64,000 nucleotides of DNA, from contig OZ024746.1 of assembly GCA_964016885.1 (NCBI GenBank), forward strand, positions 38,006,001 to 38,070,000, in the 5' to 3' direction. Source of the DNA: Eledone cirrhosa (Eukaryota). The position numbers and the translations under genes are program-made. This document shows, in pieces, positions 41,342 through 55,165 of this stretch (its first letter is position 1; every line of letters begins with the position of its first letter). The notes beneath the pieces were generated by a model. The model saw only the letters and a list, made by a program, of their open reading frames with translations, made no database searches and had not been told where the DNA came from.

Positions 41342-42243
41342 GTGCGAAATTCCTTCCTTGCTCACATTTCAACCAGGTTTGATGGTCTTTATTCTCTCGT
41401 TCACGATTTCACCGAATTTAAATTCATAGAAATTTGGGACTTGTCTCCTTCTTCCTCACTTTCTGTTGCTTCACCATTTTGTTTGTTTACACTCGCGTCC
41501 CCTTTATTTACGTGTCCCAACGACTTTTTTTAGCCGTTGCTCGCACCAACCGGAGGTATATGGTCTTTAAAGCGATGAAATGCCTATGGTGGTTGGAAGA
41601 TCACTTATGAAGGACAAACTTTTTCATATGTAACGCATTTTCAACTCCGCAGCGCCCTTATTATCATATTTACACATATTTTTTCCTCTGCTGCTACACG
41701 TCTTTTTCGTTCTATGTATCTTTACCCATTCTACCAGTCTCTCTCTCTCTGTTAGCCTCTTCCTCATCCTTCACTCACTCATTCTCTGTCACTACCTCTC
41801 CTCCTCCTCTTTCTTCCCGTTTCACCTGTGCGTAATTCTTTTCTCTCGCACGCTCGGCCAAGCTGGTCGAAATTTGTTGTCTCTCTCGTCTACGATTTCA
41901 CAGAACTTATGTTTACCGAATTCGCAGACCAGACCCCTTCTTCCTCCCATTAGACCTGTGTGAAATTCCTTCCTTGCTCACATTTCAACCAGGTTTGATG
42001 GTCTTTATTCTCTCGTTCACGATTTCACCGAATTTAAATTCATAGAAATTTGGAACTTGTCTCCTTCTTCCTCACTTTCTGTTGCTTCACCATTACGTTT
42101 GTTTACACTCGCGTCCCCTTTATTTACGTGTCCCAACGACTTTTTTTAGCCGTTGCTCGCACCAACCGGAGGTATATGGTCTTTAAAGCGATGAAATGCC
42201 TATGATGGTTGGAAGATCACTGATGAAGGACAAACTGTTTTCA
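41341..42243. repeat. Partial tandem (pseudo-LTR-like) element with ~288-bp direct repeats between (TA)n tracts
   Basis: 41341-41628 and ~41958-42243 are near-identical and separated by a CT-rich spacer. Confidence 0.85.
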
Positions 42244-42253
42244 TATATATACA

Positions 42254-42403
<150 letters not shown>

Positions 42404-43368
42404 TATATATATATACATATATATATTATATGGATGTATATATATGTGTATGTGTGTGTGTAGGCGCGCGCTCGTGTATGTATTTATGCATATGTGTATG
42501 AAACAAATACGCTCAATGCCTGAAAGGGAGAGAGTAAAGCAGACAGGCAGATAGATAAACAGAGTGACAAATGCATCCTCATTATTATAGAATTTTAGAA
42601 CAATCGTGTTTGTCTATAAATTTCCTTTCATAACGAACACGTTTTATGGTTCATGTGTGCGGACATTGTTTGAAGAGCTGTCTAATTTAAATTAAACATC
42701 AGAGAACTGTGGATTTGTAAAGTTTGGCGCAGTGTAGCCTTTTCCAATTTGGCAAATAGACAACACAACAATGACATATCCAACTGTTGCATTAGAAGTG
42801 AAGTCGAGATCAAAGCTGTAATATCGCTACCACCTCCAACAGCACTAGTCCATCAAAAACGATTACCGCTGCCACCACCAGCTCCTACACCAACATTATC
42901 ACCACAATCATGATCAACACCATCAACGTTTATAGGAATAAAATCTACTACAGAATGAATAATACAAAGAAAACAACAAATATAATAACGACTACGACTA
43001 AAAGAGCGGAGATAAAGACAATAAGGACTACAAAAGAAGCAACAACAACAACCGAAAAAACAAAACACCAGCAATAGTAATAATAATAATAGTAACAATA
43101 ATTGACCAATAATGAAAATAATGATACATTCTTTCTTTATTTGCCTCAGGGACCATGAAACAATTGGTAATACAAATGCAAAGGATAGTGGGGCTTTGCA
43201 TACATTTAATAGGGTAAATAAAAGAAGACTGGTAACAAAATAACAAGAAATTAAAAGAATATAATTCTCTTATGGTGGTGAGCATAACACAAGAGTAAAT
43301 TAGGAAAGTCACTAAACGACATACTACTCAGCATGCTCAGTAGTAATGTGCTACTTTCTCACTGAAAT

Positions 43369-44120
43369 CTACAGGCTACAGGTCTTCACCTGAGTAGGCC
43401 CAGCCACTCTGGCCTTCCACGACCTTTTAATAAATGTACTGGGGAGGGGAGGGGGAATTACTTCCTTCTCCGCCCTTAGTTTCTCTTCCAAGTGTAACTT
43501 GAAAATGTCGATGAGGGTTTGGCCGAACAGGAATGTGTTTGTTTTTAATCGTTCAGTCGCGTCCACAATTCACCACAACTTTCAGACATTGGATAACCAG
43601 CCTGCCCTTCCCAACCAAATGTAAGACCGCAGACCGCAGACCGCAGAAAATGTCTAGCATATTTATGTAAAGCACATAGAATAGACAATCTAAACTCCAT
43701 GGTTTTCGCATATTACTGCTGGTCATGGCTTCTCAAATCTCGACTGCTCTGATCTTCCTTTCGCATCACACTGCATCTGCCGCAGAAACGTTAAATTTAT
43801 TCGTGGAAGCAGAAACTAGTTTCGCTCAAGTTTCCGGCACCTCTCGCTACGAACATTCGTGCAAAATGCTGGCGAAAAGCCGCACAAATCTATCCGGAAT
43901 CGAAGCAGCAGGTGTCTGTCCCCATTTCCCCAAATATTGAATAGAATATCAGATAGCATTGAAATGACCGCAGAATGTCTGGCTCATGAAAGTCGGGCAT
44001 CATTTCTCCCAATGACATTTCGACTTCAGTTTGTGTGGCTGGTTTTGGCTGCATTCTCTTTGTCGAAATGGATTTATAAATTACAGACGTTTGTCCGTTG
44101 TTACAGCATCTGTGGAGGGA
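43369..44120 (-). pseudogene. Internally deleted, decayed Tx1-like ORF2 relic
   Basis: TFLFGQTLIDIFKLHLEEKLRAEKEV..ARVAGP matches the ORF2 C-terminus; CERKIRAVEI*EAM matches CEEPISAAEIEDVL. Confidence 0.65.
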
Positions 44121-44828
44121 TGACTTCATCAACTCACTTTTATGTATTTTTATAAGGCTGGCTGTTGCTCTTGTCCCTGTTGGTGTTATTGCTGTTGCTC
44201 TTTTGTACATGTTCTGTTGTTGGGGTAGTGTTGGTGGTGGTAGTGGTGGTGTTAATGTTTAAGCTACTGCTTTTTTGTTTTCATTTTGTAGGTTTCGTAG
44301 TGGTGTTGACGGTGTTAATTTCGAGAATTCTGACATATAGTTTTCACATGTTAAGTTGCTAATGTTGCAGCTGCTGTCGACTATGTTTTAAACTTTGTAG
44401 ACAATTTGCTGTTCAATTCAACAGAGAAATGATTATGGTCCCCCAATTTATTATTGTTTTTTTTTTAATGAGGTAAGTGCTTTTGTACAGAAACACACCT
44501 GGAACATAATACGCACCAAATGATGCAGTTCAACAACACACGCAGACCGGAACATTTTACTCATACATGGCTACATATAGCTTGTCGATGCGAGCACACC
44601 AGTTAAAGCGAATAAGTATCTTTATTTTTGATTTATTTTTCTTCCAACCTACATTCTTCCCCGACATGTTCCTTTCCGGATAATGGACTTACGTCTGATA
44701 CGTTGATGACACTACATTTTATATGAGTAATAAATTATTAATACATTTTGTACTTATTCACCAAGTTTTGTCTATTCTTAACTGGGACTCCCCTCGTCTC
44801 TCATGCCCTCTGCCCCCTCTCTCTCTCG

Positions 44829-44882
<54 letters not shown>

Positions 44883-45096
44883 GTTAAACAAGGTTCAATG
44901 AATAAATCAAAGAAGGAGTTTTACAATAGATTGTCATATATTACTCACTACCATGACTGAATCTTAACCATCTACTATGTCAGGGTATGTCATGCATCAT
45001 CTTATTTTATCTGATGAGGACTTACTGTTGAAGTTAACTCAGTACCTATGAAAATATACTTGATCACAAGAATATCTATTTTGTTAATATTTTGAA

Positions 45097-45161
<65 letters not shown>

Positions 45162-45174
45162 GTGTATGTGTGTG

Positions 45175-45229
<55 letters not shown>

Positions 45230-45285
45230 GTGACGTTTTTTTCTATAAAATGAAAAATAACCGAGGTGTCCTACACGAGTGAAAG

Positions 45286-45581
45286 TATAAAGAAAAAGAG
45301 ATGAAATCGAAAATGCAACTGGAGTCTTATTTTTTTTTTAAATATATATATTTATTTGGTTCCTTTACCGATTTCGCAGTTCTTCTGCTTTTCAAAAGGT
45401 GAGTTGAGATGGTGGGTCTGTGGTTTTTCTCACATCTGATGTGAGAAAAACCACAGACCCTCCATCTCAACTCACCTTTTGAAAAGCAGAAGAACTGCGA
45501 AACCGGTAAAGGAACCAAATAAATATATATATTTAAAAAAAAAATAAGACTCCAGTTGCATTTTCGATTTCATCTCTTTTT

Positions 45582-45588
<7 letters not shown>
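45286..45588. repeat. Near-perfect 303-bp palindrome (family E) between (TA)n tracts, with a one-sided tail at 45224-45285
   Basis: Centre cacatc-t-gatgtg at 45437; only about 2 mismatches seen. Confidence 0.9.
45475..45512 (+). ncRNA. Minimal type I hammerhead ribozyme with U3-A8 core
   Basis: cctt-TTGAAAA-gcag-aagaa-ctgc-GAAA-ccgg-TA-aagg. Stems I and II are perfect, stem III is the palindrome ACCGGT, cleavage triplet GUA. Inverse copy at 45362-45399. Confidence 0.8.
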
Positions 45589-45625
<37 letters not shown>

Positions 45626-45813
45626 TGTGTGTATTTATATATATATATATATGTATATATATATACAAAATTTAGTACACCATCATCGAAGCTCTGGTTG
45701 CATTGCAGCCAAGCTAACGAATGCAATCTTGGTGTGCAGCTAAGCACTCAATAGGGTATATTACCCTAGAGTTATAACATTACGTTTGACAGCTTTGCAA
45801 ATTGAAGACAGCT

Positions 45814-45858
<45 letters not shown>

Positions 45859-46252
45859 GTGTGTGTATGTAGATATATCTATATAATATTATACCATATA
45901 TATGGAGTATTATATAACGAACTTTCATTTTAAAATGCAATTAATGTATAACAGCCGTTACATATGACAGATCAATCACATCGACGAAATTTTCGTGTGA
46001 CTCATCTGTGAATACATATGTAAAAAAGTATATCATACCTCATATATACACTCTGCTATAATATTGAGTGCTCACCTTGGTGCCAGCTCAAATATATATG
46101 TACAAATAATAAACAGAAATAACAAAGAATACACCACAGTACAATGAAGAAATTCAGTAGCTTAACGCTTGGTATAATGAGAAAACAGTCTTCATGTTTT
46201 GCACACTAGTCCTTCATCTGAATATGGAATGAGAAATAATGGTTTAGATAGA

Positions 46253-46328
<76 letters not shown>

Positions 46329-46511
46329 CGGAAGGAAAAAAAACATTTTTGAGAATAAACACATGTGTATTCAGGCAGCCATTTTATATATATATTTTTT
46401 TTTTCTTACACACACACATATATACATGTAAATATAGTGTGTGTGCGCGCGTGTATGTGTCTGTGTGTGTGTGTGTATAAATGAAAACTAACATGTGCAT
46501 ATGTGAATGTT

Positions 46512-46561
<50 letters not shown>

Positions 46562-46616
46562 ATTCCGTTACTTGTACTGTGGAAACCGCCAAATAAATAT
46601 GTTAACAGAAGCATCA

Positions 46617-46670
<54 letters not shown>

Positions 46671-47276
46671 CAGCAGCAGCAGCAGCAGTAGTAGTATTAT
46701 TAGTAGTAGTAGTAGTAGTAGTAGTAGTATCAGCAGCAGCAACAGCAGCAGCAGAAGAATGTGGCAGGAACAAACAGCTGTAGTAGTAGAAGTAGAAGTA
46801 GAAGTAGCAGTATTAGGAGAAAGTGACAGAAGCAGCAGTAATTATAGCAGCAGTAATACTAACAGTAATATTAGTAGCAGCATCTGTGGGATTGTCGTGT
46901 TTCTTGATGTTGCGGTGATGGTGCTTGTGGTAGTAGTAGTAGACTGGAATGTCCTGTGACACTGATAATTGTTCATTTGTTCTCTGAAGACAGATCGATC
47001 AATATTGGAATCTATTATCCAATGCATCGGCGCTAAATGGATAAGTGAACAATTTGACAAGGAACACGATACAGAATATTGCTGTTATTACAATTTTGGT
47101 GTCTATTCAGATGAATTGAAATTGTTCTGTAATTACATGCCAGCAATATTCGGGGGAAAATCAACGTGACTTGTGCGTGTACTTACTACCGATTGAATGA
47201 ACGGTGATGTCTCAGAAATCGTTTACATTTTGGTTTATATATATATATATATAAATATATATATATAGATATATGT

Positions 47277-47364
<88 letters not shown>

Positions 47365-47395
47365 TGTCGATCGATTGGTTATTGATTACGCGATA

Positions 47396-47506
47396 CCCGC
47401 AGATGAAGGCACATACACCAATTATGCATTGTTGTATAGTATATGCAGACAGAGGGTGCAGTGCACCCTACTGCTGCATTAAGTGTGGCCGAAACTCGAG
47501 TCCGGG
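47396..47506 (+). ncRNA. Type I hammerhead ribozyme with long stem II (core U4 changed to A) in a ~295-bp insertion between (TA)n tracts
   Basis: cccg-CAGATGA-aggcacatac..gtgtggcc-GAAA-ctcgag-TC-cggg; AATAAA at ~47625. Confidence 0.7.
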
Positions 47507-47769
47507 AACTATTATAGGCACCCGTTTTACGTCAGTTATATTGAAGCGAATAACTATGTGTATACTCTTGGAATGTATCCTACTTGCGTATTGAGTACGC
47601 TGAGAAACAACCGGTCCTGGCATTAATAAATGTGCTGGGTCCGTCAACTCCTTATTATATATATATATATACACATATATTTATACACACACATATATTT
47701 ACACACACACATATATATATATATACACACACATATATATATATATACTAATAATCATTATTAGTAGCA

Positions 47770-48232
47770 GTAGTATTTCACTCTGCTTACTACAACACCA
47801 ATATACCTGCTGTATACTACGCATCGAGCGCTCATTCAGGTGAATCTACAGACTAGGGGAATACGACACTTCAGGAAGCTTTCTCGTACACAGAAAAAAT
47901 GCAAGTGTTTATCTGTGATTGTTGTCTCATATTAAGAAAGCAGAGGGTCGATTTAAATATAAACTACATCTATTTGTCTTATATCACACGTGTGATTTAC
48001 ATTTCAAAAGTGTTAATGTGTACCTATGCAATACTCATCAAATGCTGTGTCGTCAGACATATGATGAATATTTAAACAATGTTTTTTTTGTTTTGTGATC
48101 TTTATCTACTAGCTCTCGAAGGGATGTTGTTCATTCGTGTTAGAACAGGCATATGCTTTAAGAATATTTCCTACTGTGTAACCTTCCAAGATGACAGATA
48201 CGATTAACACATTCATCTTTTTCGTTTTCTTT
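47770..48232 (+). repeat. ~465-bp dispersed direct repeat, second copy at ~52572-53034
   Basis: Colinear and highly similar by eye. Confidence 0.85.
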
Positions 48233-49338
48233 TATCGAAGTGGTCAATGACCGCTCAGCCTCCGCTTGGTATTCTCTATAACTCCTGGTTAGATTAGCAT
48301 TTGGATTCACAGTTTCATTTCTCGTTTTCCCATTAAAGTTGCGAGGTTATGCTGTGAAACATGTGATTGGTGGTGTATCTCTATACATCTTTTTGTTGTG
48401 TATATTTAATTTTTGTTTCCTGCTTCTGATGTGTTGTCAACTTATGGTAATTTGGTATGCATTTTATCCTTTCTATGTAACCTGCCCTAATCCATGCTAT
48501 TGACAAACAATCTCCTGTGTTGACAGTTTCAATATCCTCATTAATACGACCCCATCTATGGCGTTAATCACCGGCCTGTGGTACATAATATTTCATTAGT
48601 CTTTTGAAAAGGGCGCTGGAACCCGGATTCAAAGTTTAAGAAATTGACTATTTTTCAATTCTGTTCATTCTCTACTTTCAGACTTAGGTTTTTAAATAAG
48701 TTTACGAGATGTGTTACCTCATCCTTAATATCATGCCATGGTTATATTTGAATATGTTATACAGGGCATCGTCACTATACACTTCACTGCATGGGTTGGA
48801 ACCTCATTCTTCATATGTTTCAGAATGTATTTACCAACGAGCCCGGTTACCTCGGCTAACTCGCACAAACACATTGATATATGTTGTATAGCATATCTAA
48901 CCTCGTCCATAAATCTTAAAATCCTTTAGAATTGTTCTTGACGTAAGAAAAATATTTATTTTACCCTACGATAGGTTGGCATGCCTTAGTAGACGAGAAC
49001 TCTGTCAAATTGCTTCAGTTCAGATCGTTTTTATTTAGGTTTCTGAGATGTTTCCACCCTTTAAAATGATATTTACTGAATTTTAGGGTTGACAATTTCC
49101 TTTTGAAATTCTTCCATGTGCTTGTTTTATCGGTGATATTTTTCTAGATTTGATTCCACCTACGGCAACCGTTCTACGGAGTTTTACTATCATAATGGAT
49201 TGTACGTATGAATGTGTCCATTTAAAGAGTTATCTGCTATATGCATCCCTGTCTGTTTGTATAATACGAAATAAGTATTATGAAGTAATTACACAAATCT
49301 GTCATAATGATTATTCGTATACGATATATATATATACA

Positions 49339-49372
<34 letters not shown>

Positions 49373-49403
49373 CAAAAGGGATATTTAATTTGTTGGTAAT
49401 TCG

Positions 49404-49645
49404 ACTATATTTATAAAACCATATTTATTATATTATATATATTTCAAGGGTCCCAAAACTTTCATCAGATAACTATCCAGGAAAAACTTGAGCCGTTCAG
49501 ATCTTCTTCCTTGTTATGTCAATATTTATAAAACAAACTTTGTATTTTATCTGATGAGGGGGTACAAAACTTTTGGTACCCTTGAAATATATATAACAGA
49601 ATAAATATGGTTTCATAAATATAGTTTCCATTTATTTAATATCAT
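49404..49645. mobile_element. Short inverted insertion of Naiad family A-related 3' ends with HHR
   Basis: Plus arm: tattttat-CTGATGA-gggggtac..gtaccctt-GAAA-tatata-TA-acagaata (49543-49603), followed by the same terminus as 62700-62740. The minus arm has a shortened stem II. Confidence 0.75.
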
Positions 49646-49854
49646 TGTATATACACATATGTATATATATATATTGTTATACTTGAGGAGGCTCATATTA
49701 TAATAATATTGCCAGAAATAATAACAGAACACACTCACTGTATGGTTGGTTTTCGCTTCTATATATTTTATATCTCCACAGTTAATACATTTGGTCCTCA
49801 ATGTTTCTCATTGACTGACCAATGGTCAAATTTACAGATATAAATACCTGATTC

Positions 49855-50586
49855 GTAAAAGTGTGTAAGCACACATAGCTAGGTAGGTAACTAAATAAAG
49901 TTTAACTAGAACTTCAAAAATAGATACCTTATAAAATGATTAATCTTCCTAGTATATATTCCATTAAAGAAATATATTTCACCAATTAATCGATTGGTAA
50001 ACGACAGTAGCCAGATCCTGGATTTTCAACAAGGAAGTGGTCCAACCATCTGTGTTTACGCATCAAATTCAAATCAGCAACTGGCTAGCAACACGTGCTG
50101 TATTTACTAAAAATACACACATCATACCAGCTTCGTCCCGGTGGCGTGAATAGGGTTATCGACAACTAGAAACAGCAGTCAATTCATTTCAACTGAGTTA
50201 GCTCTACAATTAAGGGGCCGTATTTATATATATCCAAAATTCCTTGTTGAAAATCCAGTATCTGGCTACTGTCGTTTACCAATCGATTAATTGGTGAAAT
50301 ATATTTCTTTAATGGAATATGAACAAGGAAGATTAATCATTTTATAAGGTATCTATTTTTGAAGTTCTAGTTAAACTTTATTTAGTTACCTACCTAGCTA
50401 TGTGTGCTTACACACTTTTACAAATTATCCCATGTCATTGTTTCATATGTTTATTTATGTCAATCAATTTCTAGTTGATATAAAATGCTCGGATCTATTC
50501 ATTAGAATCTTAGAGCATATTTTACGGGTGATATGACACCCTTAATTTAATCTAATTTAGTTTAATTTAATTTATCTTAATTTTGT
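49855..50586. mobile_element. Fold-back element (family D) with a U3-A8 hammerhead in each arm
   Basis: Arms 49855-50036 and 50240-50421. Arm consensus ccttg-TTGAAAA-..-GAAA-tatatttc-tttaat-ggaatata-TA-caagg (49948-50034 -, 50242-50328 +). Confidence 0.75.
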
Positions 50587-50667
50587 ATATATATATATAT
50601 ATATATATAGTTAGAGAAGCAAAAAATTGTTTATTGTGATCCAGTTTTTTGTTAAGAAAGCCAGTTT

Positions 50668-51074
50668 CATGTCCTTTACATAATGAATGTATGCAGTCTA
50701 ACCTGGTTTACCAATGCACAGTGGAATCAGACAACCAGAAATGGTATTACTTCGGAGCACCTGGGAATACATTTAAAGCCCGTTGGTATACACACCGTTA
50801 CGCAATGACACATTTTCGGCACCGTTATGTAACTACCCTTGCAAACAAGACCTGGCAACTGAGGGAAAGTAACCATCAATACACCCTGAAGTGGAAAAAA
50901 TTATCGAATGCACCCCCATATCGGAGTGGTATGAGAAGCTGTCGATTATGCGACCTTGAGCTGTTCCACATCTTAAGTTCGAAGAATAAGTTACTCAACA
51001 ATAAAATCGAAAGATCAATTTATTGTAACCATAGACTCAAAGAGAAGTTTTCGCACTACAAATCGAACCCTTAA
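50668..51074 (+). pseudogene. 5'-truncated Naiad-type PLE GIY-YIG endonuclease (family B); 3' UTR extends to ~51816
   Basis: CPLHNECMQSNLVY..YYFG..FKARWYTH..TTLANKTWQL..CRLCDLE..LLN..CNH aligns with the C-terminus of the 59618 ORF. Preceded by an inverted 65-bp tail (50608-50672). Confidence 0.85.
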
Positions 51075-51303
51075 CCTCTTACTACCAACTGACAAACTGC
51101 ATATACTTAGACTTTATACCCTCTTGTATCTAAACCCTTTAATTACCCACAAAACCAATACATATTTCCCCCTCTTCCCCCTCATTCCTCTTCTATTTCT
51201 TGGTTTTCTTCCTTCCTCCCCTGCCCTTCTTGGCTATCTTTTCTTTTCTTCATTCTCACCCCCTTCAGTGCTTTTATTTTTGTCATTATTATCTTTATCT
51301 TTA

Positions 51304-51351
<48 letters not shown>

Positions 51352-51813
51352 CTTTTTATATCCTCCCCTCTCTCTCCCTCTCTATCCATCCCTCCCACTA
51401 TGATCAATTTAATTCTCTTTAACTCACTACACTCCACGACATGAAGTCTGCTATCAAAACTGACCAAAGAATCTTTCCACCTCTACCCCTCCCTCCATCT
51501 CAGTTTGTCATTCTACTTCCTACCTCTTCCCCCTTCCTCTCTCTCTCTATACTATTCCGTCTGTCCCCTCACCTCCTGATTCCTCTCTCTCTCTATAATA
51601 GTAAATACAATTCCAAATAAATGTTTTTCTCTATATATTAAGAATTATTTCAAGAGTAACTTACTATTTTGAAAATTTGGACTGTGAACAACGATTATAA
51701 TTGAGTGGCTGCTATTTGCAGTATAGCAATATAAGGTTGCACTTACCAATGAAGCGATTGTAAATACCTGGATAAAATCCTTATCTTAATGCTTACCTGT
51801 GTTTTATCTTTTA

Positions 51814-51900
<87 letters not shown>

Positions 51901-51967
51901 CAAATAACGAAACGAAATTAAATTTTGTTTCGTTTGTAACTCACTTTTGTATGACTGACGCTTAAAC

Positions 51968-52392
51968 AATTAAGTTAAGAATGTACATCCACATATGTAT
52001 ACTGAAATACTAGTATGCATATGAATACACACACGTGTACATATGTAGATGTACCGAGTTTTTCACTGGTCACTTTACTGTGAGTGTCCAGCTATTCTGT
52101 ATGTAAACACACAGACAAACCGGTTTTTAGAGTCATACTGGTTTTTGAGGAAACACCTTTCCTCTATTCTCCAGAAAGCCAGACAAGCTTTCTGGAGAAT
52201 AGAGGAAAGGTGTTTCCTCAAAAACCAGTATGACTCTAAAAACCGGTTTGTCTGTGTGTTTACATACAGAATAGCTGGACACTCACAGTAAAGTGACCAG
52301 TGAAAAACTCGGTACATCTACATATGTACACGTGTGTGTATTCATATGCATACTAGTATTTCAGTATACATATGTGGATGTACATTCTTAAC

Positions 52393-52398
<6 letters not shown>
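51968..52398. repeat. Apparently perfect 431-bp palindrome with a 7-nt loop, ending in (TA)n
   Basis: Mirror ORFs 52049-52291 (+) and 52075-52317 (-) are identical except at the loop; centre at 52183. Confidence 0.95.
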
Positions 52399-52448
<50 letters not shown>

Positions 52449-53145
52449 ATATATATATATATACATATATTTATATACATACATTTATATACACACGCAC
52501 ATATATATATACACACACACACACACATATATGTATACTAATAATAATAATTATTATTATTTTTTGTAGTAGTAGTAGTATTACACTCTGCTTACTACAA
52601 CACCAATATACCTACTGCAAACTGCGCATCGAACTCTCACTCAGGTGAATCTACAGACAAGGGGAATACGACTCTTCAGGGAGCTTTCTCGTACACAGAA
52701 AAATGTCAAGTGATTATCTGTGATTGTTGTCTCATATTAGGAAAGAAGAGGGTCGATTTAAATATAAACTACAGCTATTTGTCTTATATCACACGTGTGA
52801 TTTACATTTTAAATGTGTTAATGTGTACCTATGCAATACTCATCAAATGCTGTTTTGTCAGACATTTGATGAATATTTAAACAATGTTTGTTGTTTTGTG
52901 ATCTTTATCTACTAGCTCTCGAAGGGATGTTGTTCATTCGGGTTACAACAGGCATATGCTTTAAGAATATTTCCTACTGTGTAACCTTCCAAGATGACAG
53001 GTACGATTAACACATTCATCCTTTTCGTTTTCTTTTATGCCCGGCCGAAAAACTCACTCCTTATGCAAATTAGGCTGCTCAGCCGTTAATATGCATGAGG
53101 AAAGTATATACTGTTAAACGTTCAATCATCTGACAGGAAGGTACA

Positions 53146-53186
53146 CGGTGCTGATGACAGCAGATGAGTTAGAAACTAGTTCATCG
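53146..53186 (+). ncRNA. Minimal type I hammerhead ribozyme, first of a tandem pair
   Basis: cggtg-CTGATGA-cagcagatgagtta-GAAA-ctag-TT-catcg, inside the ~245-bp direct repeat 53039-53285. Confidence 0.75.
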
Positions 53187-53324
53187 TTCCTTTGTCAGTG
53201 TTGAACAAATAGGGCAGCGATGGTTTCCGAACTTTGTACGGCTAATAATTCGGGCTGTTTGTTTACAAACAAAGCGAGCATTATAATAAATGTTCGGTAA
53301 ACCCATACGTACATATATATAAAC

Positions 53325-53355
<31 letters not shown>

Positions 53356-53599
53356 CATGTATGTATGTATATAGATACTACTGTACGTCTGTATACATAT
53401 TTGTATGTACGTATACATACTTATATTTATGTATCAGCCGTACTAAGAGTGAGAAATGAAATCTCATTTTTTCAATTTATCGTTTTCGGTACGCCCGGCC
53501 GACTAACTCACTCTATATGCAAATTAGGCTGTTCCCCCGTTAACATGCATAAGGAAAGTATATACTTTCAAACATTCAATCAACTGACAGGAAGGTATA

Positions 53600-53640
53600 C
53601 GGTGCTGATGACAGCTAATAAGCTAGAAACCAGTTCATCG
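53600..53640 (+). ncRNA. Minimal type I hammerhead ribozyme, second of a tandem pair
   Basis: cggtg-CTGATGA-cagctaataagcta-GAAA-ccag-TT-catcg, inside the repeat copy 53492-53739. Confidence 0.7.
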
Positions 53641-55032
53641 TTCCTTTGTCTGTGTTGAACAGATAGGGCAGCGATGGTTGCCGAACACTGTACGGCTAAT
53701 AATTCGGGCTGTTTGTTTACAAACAAGCCGAGCATTATACTAATTTTTTTCATTAACTTTACCTTCTTCTTTCGTTTTTTCCATTAATTTTATATCTCCT
53801 CCAACTCCCACTGCCACATTCATCATATACATATCTCTGCTTGTGTCGTTAACCTTATTTTCTCATTCAAAACCCCGATCCAGTTAAATATATAGTTATC
53901 ATCATTGCGCTGCTATTAGGCAACCACACTGCCTTTCACTCTACTTTATGCGCTCCATCACTTTCCTATTTCTCCCGCAGAGCAAGTTATTCTCTTTCAT
54001 CTTTCATTCGGAGGTTGTAATAAAATAAAGCTTTCACATAGTACATGTCGATGCGTGTGAGTTGGTCATGCACGCGAAAATATAAAATCAGTTTAAATAT
54101 ATAGAAATTATAGTCTGTTGGATAGTCGTTCGTAACAATATTCAGTCGAGTAGTCTTGAATATCCAACCTCTTAGATTTAGCACATTTCACAATATAATC
54201 CTTTATCATTGTATGAGGCTTTATATGGAGTGTATTTTTTATACCTTTAAATCGTTTGGAATACTTAGCTCGGCCATGCCTGCAGAAGTATTCTTTCTTG
54301 GCAAGATTGTTGAAGAATATGTAACCAGAGACAATGTGGCAATTTATTTTCTTCAGAATCTCTAAATGTTCTGCAGCTATTAATGCATTCTGCTCCATTA
54401 CTTGATGTTTGTGATTTCTAATGAGAATATTTTTACCCTGTACGACAATACTGGTTGATTCGGTCTTAGAATAGAAACCTGCAAATCAATGCTGCGTTTT
54501 TGTTTTACATCAAGTTCCCCCTGTTCATTGTGTTTAGATCATTGATATACAGAATGCCATTCTGTAACATCATTTTTAGTGCTGTTTATTTTTTTATTCC
54601 CACACTTTTCCATTAGTTCAGGCTCTACTCAATATTTGCTAATTTTTCAAATGAAAACCATCTTCAAAGTTTCTGCTGGATATAAATTATAGTACCTATC
54701 ATATAGTGGTGTTTGTGACTTGACCAATCCCCTGCGCCCATATCGTAATGTTTATCATTTTTAAAATAGTTGTATCCATTTACAATTTAAATTCAAATTC
54801 CGCTGACCTAAACTGCAACTTTTATCATTTCCGGGTCGATAAAAAAAACTTCTCAGTCGATTTTGTCGTCTATGACCAAAATATGTGTTCTTGTTTCAAG
54901 GCCGATAAAAATAAATCTAAATCAATTACTCTAGTTCCCTCCCTCGTAATCGATGGCCTTGTACCTATAAATCAGTAGTAGTGGCTGTTTTAATATAATT
55001 ATAATTATTATTATTATTATTACTATTATTAT

Positions 55033-55090
<58 letters not shown>

Positions 55091-55114
55091 GTTAGTAGTA
55101 GTAGTAGTAGTAGT

Positions 55115-55161
<47 letters not shown>

Positions 55162-55165
55162 TAGT

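Noticed and set aside
45005-45060. CTGATGA..GAAA hammerhead candidate
   Set aside because: Stem II is plausible but stems I and III do not pair convincingly. Similarly weak candidates at ~260-295 (-), ~10365-10400 (-) and ~56185-56235 (-) were not called.
52049-52317. Twin 80-aa ORFs on opposite strands
   Set aside because: A consequence of the palindrome; GTG/weak context and no recognisable motif.
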